DNA of 23,631 bases from Candidatus Bathyarchaeia archaeon (lineage in GTDB: Archaea; Thermoproteota; Bathyarchaeia; Bathyarchaeales; Bathycorpusculaceae). The notes under the pieces are model-generated. The model had not been told where the DNA came from. It made no database searches and saw nothing but the letters and a program-made list of their open reading frames with translations. Positions 18,572 through 23,631 of the stretch are shown one piece after another. The number at the start of each line of letters is the position of its first letter. Within the stretch, counting starts at the first letter, position 1. A program made the position numbers and the translations under genes. The stretch is from contig JBEKBM010000033.1 of assembly GCA_050015395.1 (NCBI GenBank), forward strand, positions 1-23,631, written 5' to 3'.

Positions 18572-19089
18572 TTAGGTTTTCAAGCCTTTGATTAAACACT
18601 CAGCACCTAATCTATTAAGCGTACCCAACCTGTTAAGTCACATTTTTCACTTTATTTCTTAAGCATAATCGGAATCAGCAACCAAAGACGCTTAAGCTAA
18701 GAACTAAAAGAGCAAAAGGCTGATCAGTAGATCCGTAAGTGAGTTAAGCTTTGTGTGCTCTACTGCCTACCGGGTAGGTGTAGTTATATACGTTTTGACG
18801 GTACATTTTGACGGTGCAGTTGGGCTGGCGGTAACGTTTGAGTGGTTTCTTGGCTTGGATTGCTTGGGCTTCTGCGGGTGAACACTTTTAGGCGTCGTTG
18901 AAGGCTTTCAAGCAGCCTTAAGCTGGCTTGCAACTATGCTTAGCAAGTAAAAGCGTTATACCCAAGCAAGTGCCAGACACTTTCGGAACTACCGCTGATG
19001 ACTTGTCTGGTAGGAAAGTTACATTTTAGTTATAGGCAAATTAATTTCCGCATTGTAGAGCAAAAATAAGAGAGTGATAGTTGCCGGCG

Positions 19090-19323
19090 TTATTCTTCCA
19101 TCATTATCAGCGTTAACGTTGACCTGACTCTGCTTATGGTTCTTACTTTCCGCGTTACCGTTTCCCTAAGTTTTTCCATTGAATCAGCTGCTATTTTAGT
19201 AATAATATCATACACGCCATAAGAGTAGTATGCTTCTTCTACGCCTTCAATTTTTTTAATTTCCTCAAGAACTTCTTCTTCTGAGCCTGATTCAACGTTT
19301 ATCAATACAAAGGCTTTAGGCAT
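19090..19323 (-). CDS. Stand-alone Lrp/AsnC ligand-binding domain protein, paralog 3
   Basis: MPKAFVLINVESGSE...YGVYDIITKI...VRSTLTLIM; GGTGGAG upstream; no HTH. Confidence 0.92.
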   Translation of the reverse strand: MPKAFVLINVESGSEEEVLEEIKKIEGVEEAYYSYGVYDIITKIAADSMEKLRETVTRKVRTISRVRSTLTLIMMEE

Positions 19324-19450
19324 TTCTATCTCCACCCATATTTAGTGATCACTTAATTTAAAACATTTTTGCAACAAAAGACAATTTTCCAATCAAAATT
19401 TTTATTCTTTTATGTCTCATGTCAAACAAAGTAATGTTGATTCAGATAAA

Positions 19451-19694
19451 GTTGAGATTGGCCACTCTTTAATGTCTGAAGAACATGGTCCAAACGACCT
19501 TGTTAAGTATGCCCGTTTAGCTGAGGATCAGGCTTTACTTTTGCAACCTCTCAGACCATCCGAAGAAGCATGTGGAGGCTATTAAGAAATACTCGGATGC
19601 TGGTTTCAAAAAAGGGCTTCATGATGCTGGGTGCAATCAGGAAGGTGTCTTTAGGTTTTATATGGAGAAGGTTATTCCACAGCTAACGAGCTAA
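19451..19694 (+). pseudogene. Internally deleted F420-dependent LLM-class oxidoreductase (G6PDH-like family) remnant
   Basis: N-terminus VEIGHSLMSEEHGPNDLVKYARLAED-GFTFA-SDH is fused to C-terminus PKKHVEAIKKYSDAGF...NQEGVFRFYMEKVIPQLTS*. Not in the ORF track because of frameshifts. Confidence 0.78.
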
Positions 19695-19792
19695 GCAGGT
19701 CAGCACAAAATTCAAGTTTTAAGGGCATAGTTTGTTTTTTATTCAGAAATAGTCTTAAAGTTGATTTGATGATAGTATTTTGCGTAGTTTGT

Positions 19793-20977
19793 ATGCCGAC
19801 GAATTTGCCGCCTGAAGCGTTGGATAAGTGGGAGGAGGTTGAAGCTGCCCATACTCCCAGAGAGAAGATGGAGAAGATGCAGGAGTTCCTTAGCTGTGTT
19901 CCTCAGCACAAGGGCACGTTGAAGCTGCGGGGTCAGATTAAGAAGAAGATTGCTATTATCCGCAAGGACTTGGATGATAGGAAGCGGAAGGGCACGGGGA
20001 AGGGTGGCGGAGGACCGAAGCTTTTTGTTGAAAAGGAAGGTTCAGCTCAGATAGCGTTGATCGGCATGACCAACGTGGGTAAGAGCTGCTTAATGAGCGC
20101 TACAACGAATTCAAAAGTGCTTGTTACGCCTACGCCTTTCAGTACACATGAGCCAGTGCCGGGTATAATGAGTTATTTGGATGTACAATTCCAGATTGTT
20201 GAAGCGCCAGCGGTAATGGAAGGCAGTGCGGATGGACGTGCAGGGGGTCATACTACGCTCGGTTTAGCGCGGAATGCCGATGGCGTGATTTTGATGGTTG
20301 ATTTGTCTCGTGACCCGGTTGGGCAGTTAGAGCTGGTTTTGGGCGAGTTGGAGAAAAGCCGAGTACTTGTAAGTAAACCTAGTGGACGCGTGGACATTGA
20401 CCGCCGCCATGCTGGTGCGGCTTTGCGTATTATCCTTGTCGGTAAGCTTTTGGATTGTTCAATGCAAGATGTTGAGGATTTGCTACGCAGTTACAAAATA
20501 ACCGACGCCATAGTGCGAATCAGCGGTGATGCAAGGCTCGATGATGTGGAGGACGCTATTTTTGAGACCACGACATATAAGCCGGCGGTGGTTGTGGCGA
20601 ATAAGTTGGATTTGAAGGGTGCAGCGGCGAATCTGCGTGATTTAAAGCAGTATGTGAATGGGAAGATGCCTGTTGTCGCCATGTCATGTGAGCTTAAAAC
20701 TGGTATAGACGAGTTGGGGAAGGCGCTTTTTGATTCTTTAGGTGTTATTCGGATTTACACTAAGGAGCCCGGCATGAAGGTGCACAGTGACCATCCTTTT
20801 GCGCTTAGGCGCGGAGTCACGATTAATGATTTGGCGAAGAATATTCATAAGGAGTTTGTGTCGAATTTCTTGTTTGCGATGGTGTGGGCTAAGCGTTTGC
20901 CATTTAGTCCTAAGAAGGTTGGTTTAGGTTTCGTTTTGGATGATGGGGATATAGTAGAGATTCATACGAGAGTATAA
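19793..20977 (+). CDS. OBG-family DRG-like GTP-binding protein with C-terminal TGS domain
   Basis: MPTNLPPEA, PQHKGT, G1 GMTNVGKS, G4 NKLD, IRIYTKEPG, TGS end LDDGDIVEIH. ATG 19793 preferred over TTG 19766. Confidence 0.9.
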   Translation: MPTNLPPEALDKWEEVEAAHTPREKMEKMQEFLSCVPQHKGTLKLRGQIKKKIAIIRKDLDDRKRKGTGKGGGGPKLFVEKEGSAQIALIGMTNVGKSCLMSATTNSKVLVTPTPFSTHEPVPGIMSYLDVQFQIVEAPAVMEGSADGRAGGHTTLGLARNADGVILMVDLSRDPVGQLELVLGELEKSRVLVSKPSGRVDIDRRHAGAALRIILVGKLLDCSMQDVEDLLRSYKITDAIVRISGDARLDDVEDAIFETTTYKPAVVVANKLDLKGAAANLRDLKQYVNGKMPVVAMSCELKTGIDELGKALFDSLGVIRIYTKEPGMKVHSDHPFALRRGVTINDLAKNIHKEFVSNFLFAMVWAKRLPFSPKKVGLGFVLDDGDIVEIHTRV

Positions 20978-21316
20978 CATTACTGATGCACTGTTCATGC
21001 TAAGTTTGCTTGCGTTTAAGTTCCATTTTTTACTTTGGTGGTCAATGTTTACCTTTTTTTTGTTTACTCCGTAGTTGATCCAGTTTCCCAACAATGCTCA
21101 AAGTATTCTTAATATCATTTTTGGTAGCTGCCACCGCTGCAAAATGTGGCTTCTTCTCGATCGAATTTGCTAAAATTGGCGACGATAGAGCCTAAATATC
21201 ATGCAAAACAGTCTCAAACCCAATTGAAAAACAATAAACTTAAATTATCAAACGTACAACCAATACCCTGAGGCTTTAAGGCCTTAAATAATTGAAAAGG
21301 AGAAAAAAAGAAAAAA

Positions 21317-23631
21317 ATGTCTTTTATACAACTAGGACGCAATAAATCGAGAATCCAAACAATCGCAGCAATAGCACTAATGTTTTTCATGGCATCTTCG
21401 CTACTATTCGGCGCTAGCAACGTTAAAGCTCTAACCATAAGCACCAATCCAAGCTACTGTTTCGTCGCTGCTAATCCAAACCCCCTCGGTGCCAATCAAA
21501 CAGCGCTTGTTGACTTTTGGATGGCTGATGTAACCACATTAACATTCGGTAACGCAGGTTTCTTCTACAGTGGTGTAACCGTAGTAATAACACAACCTGA
21601 TGGAACCAACGTGACAAAAGGACCATACACGCTTAACTCGCTTGCAACAGGCTTCTTTGACTTCACCCCAACAACCACAGGCAACTACACATTCCAGATG
21701 ATCTATCCAGGACAAACTTTCGCGGCAATAAATGTTGCCTATGCAGCATGCGTGAGCCCGGTATACACACTTGTCGTGCAATCCTCACCGATAGCTGCTT
21801 ATCCGCAAACCCCCCTGCCAACCTCTTACTGGTCACGCCCAATCAACGCACAGAACTACTTGTGGAGTACAGTTTCTGGTAACTGGCTGATGTGCTCTTG
21901 GAACCTAACCGGCTCCGGAGAGTCTATTGCCCGAGCTTTCGACGACGGTTCAGCTTATGTCGGAGAAGGCGTGTCACCTAACAGTGCCCACATCCTATGG
22001 ACTAAACCACTATCCGCTGGAGGTCTAGTGGGTGGAGAATACGGCAGTACACCATACTATACAGGAGCATCTTACGAGATGTACTTCCAACCACCAGTAA
22101 TCGAGAACGGAATACTCTACTACAACACAATAATCGGTGGAGAACCTAGCACGGAAACTAACACCCCAAGCATCACCGCAGTAAGCCTGCAAACTGGACA
22201 GACCCTCTTCACTATTCAAGATGCAACCTTAACCTTCGGGCAAATCTACAACTACGTTTCACCTAACCAAAGTGGAGCTTTCGCTTACCTCTGGTCAGTA
22301 TCAGGCAGCACCTGGAAAATGTACGATGCAACAACAGGCAGCTATATCTTGACACTCGTCGGCGTTCCCTCAGGAGCTGCCATGCCATCATCCGACGGCA
22401 GCATTCTCGTCTACTCTTTGACTGCTAACGCTAATGGCTATGCACTATCACTATGGAACTCAAGCCAAGCTCTAGCCATAGATTCAACACATAACCCAGC
22501 GGAATCGAACGACTACTGGACGTGGAGGCCATACTCATGGACAACTGGATTTGCCGACGGTATTGTAAATGCTACCGGAACAACTGTGGATTCCTCTGGG
22601 ATTTTACAGAGCACTAACGGAACAATGTGGACAGTAGAAGAACCACAACCAATAGCAGGTGCAGTATTCACCCCAGCAAGCATATACGGTCCGGCGAGTT
22701 GGAGCCCCGGTCTAACCTTAACCCCTGTATTCAATCAAGGCGGTTGGTTTGACGGAAACGACATAGTTGCTGCAGCAATACCAGGAGGAATTATGAATGC
22801 TTTCTTTGGAGTGACATGGAACATAACCAGCACAACACCAGTATATATCGCAGGTTACAACATGGCAACAGGAGCCCAAGCTTTCAAGTCAACACTAACA
22901 CCACCCAGTGGTCTGCCAAATGACTTCGGAGCCACCATCGAAGAAACATACGAATTCAACGGCATCTACTACGTCTTCGTAAAGCAAACTCTGCAGTGGG
23001 CAGCATGGGACATCCAAACAGGCGGTGCGCCAATATGGGTTAGCACTCCATACAATAATCCATGGGGCGCTTATGCTCAAAGCGGCGGTGAAATGGTTGC
23101 TTACGGTCTCTTCTATGCAGCAGGTTGGGATGGTATGATCCACGCCTACAACGTGACTACCGGCGTACAAGAATTTGAGTTCAGCTCTGCAATCGCTGGC
23201 TACAATACACCTTATGGTGTCTATCCATTCTACGGCGGTATAACAGTGACAGCTGACGGCAAAATCTTTGCTCAAACTGGACAGCACGGTAACGGTGTAA
23301 CAACAATGTACCAAGGACAAGCACTATACGTTATCGACGCAACTACTGGAAAAAGCCTCTGGAACATGACGGGCTGGTTCAACAATGGCGCACTCGCTGA
23401 CGGCGTATGGGTCGTACAGAACAACTACGACAACCAAATCTACGCTTTCGGCCAGGGTCCAAGCGCTACAACAGTCACGGCGTCAGCCGGAGTCGGAAAC
23501 ACTGTAACTATTCAGGGAACAGTTACTGACCAAAGTCCTGGAGCTATCGGCACCCCAGCAATCGCTGATCAATACATGAGTACATGGATGGCTTACCTTT
23601 ACGAGCAGCAGGCACTTCCAAGCAACTTCCC
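21317..23631 (+). CDS. Large secreted PQQ-binding-like beta-propeller repeat protein (Bathyarchaeia type); 3'-partial
   Basis: Hand translation shows no stop from ATG 21317 to the window end (~771 codons). Signal peptide, then PLPTSYWSRPI, HILWTKP..GGLVGG, repeated D..TG...W blades, YDNQIYAFG.GPSATTV, GTVTDQSPG, TPAIAD..M..WM.YLY. Confidence 0.88.
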   Translation, partial: MSFIQLGRNKSRIQTIAAIALMFFMASSLLFGASNVKALTISTNPSYCFVAANPNPLGANQTALVDFWMADVTTLTFGNAGFFYSGVTVVITQPDGTNVTKGPYTLNSLATGFFDFTPTTTGNYTFQMIYPGQTFAAINVAYAACVSPVYTLVVQSSPIAAYPQTPLPTSYWSRPINAQNYLWSTVSGNWLMCSWNLTGSGESIARAFDDGSAYVGEGVSPNSAHILWTKPLSAGGLVGGEYGSTPYYTGASYEMYFQPPVIENGILYYNTIIGGEPSTETNTPSITAVSLQTGQTLFTIQDATLTFGQIYNYVSPNQSGAFAYLWSVSGSTWKMYDATTGSYILTLVGVPSGAAMPSSDGSILVYSLTANANGYALSLWNSSQALAIDSTHNPAESNDYWTWRPYSWTTGFADGIVNATGTTVDSSGILQSTNGTMWTVEEPQPIAGAVFTPASIYGPASWSPGLTLTPVFNQGGWFDGNDIVAAAIPGGIMNAFFGVTWNITSTTPVYIAGYNMATGAQAFKSTLTPPSGLPNDFGATIEETYEFNGIYYVFVKQTLQWAAWDIQTGGAPIWVSTPYNNPWGAYAQSGGEMVAYGLFYAAGWDGMIHAYNVTTGVQEFEFSSAIAGYNTPYGVYPFYGGITVTADGKIFAQTGQHGNGVTTMYQGQALYVIDATTGKSLWNMTGWFNNGALADGVWVVQNNYDNQIYAFGQGPSATTVTASAGVGNTVTIQGTVTDQSPGAIGTPAIADQYMSTWMAYLYEQQALPSNF

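Noticed and set aside
18980-19020. Hammerhead ribozyme or fluoride riboswitch (CTGATGA...GAAA)
   Set aside because: Stems I and II cannot form properly around the core, and the GGCGATGG-type 5' element of the fluoride riboswitch is absent.
19575-19590. Second target for the TnpB guide (gaggctatt, 9-nt match)
   Set aside because: The adjacent sequence reads TTCTT rather than TTAT and the match is short. No TAM-flanked target was seen in the window.
21214-23320. Minus-strand ORFs in the last 2.4 kb
   Set aside because: Antisense to the long + strand beta-propeller CDS.

Overview
Archaeal chromosomal window, most likely Bathyarchaeia. This is inferred from tiaS, an archaeal-type alaS, stand-alone Lrp/AsnC ligand-binding proteins and a typical large PQQ-like beta-propeller surface protein. 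A conserved core (satP-acs; grpE-dnaK-dnaJ; alaS; tiaS; a UPF0104 flippase-like gene; a DRG-like GTPase) is interleaved with decayed accessory DNA. The decayed parts are a frameshifted repeat-rich surface protein, an ABC-ATPase/GNAT fragment, a chimeric aaRS-like/wHTH ORF and an internally deleted F420-dependent oxidoreductase. The most notable element is a precisely delimitable IS200/IS605 element (15821-17160). It has a ruined tnpA but an intact, compact tnpB whose RuvC-II glutamate appears relocated (Fanzor-like rearranged active site), with a predictable TAM (TTAT/TTTAT) and guide. It sits inside a cluster of three HTH-less Lrp/AsnC paralogs. DnaK and the DRG-like GTPase both carry non-canonical catalytic motifs. 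All calls come from reading the sequence; no database searches were run.
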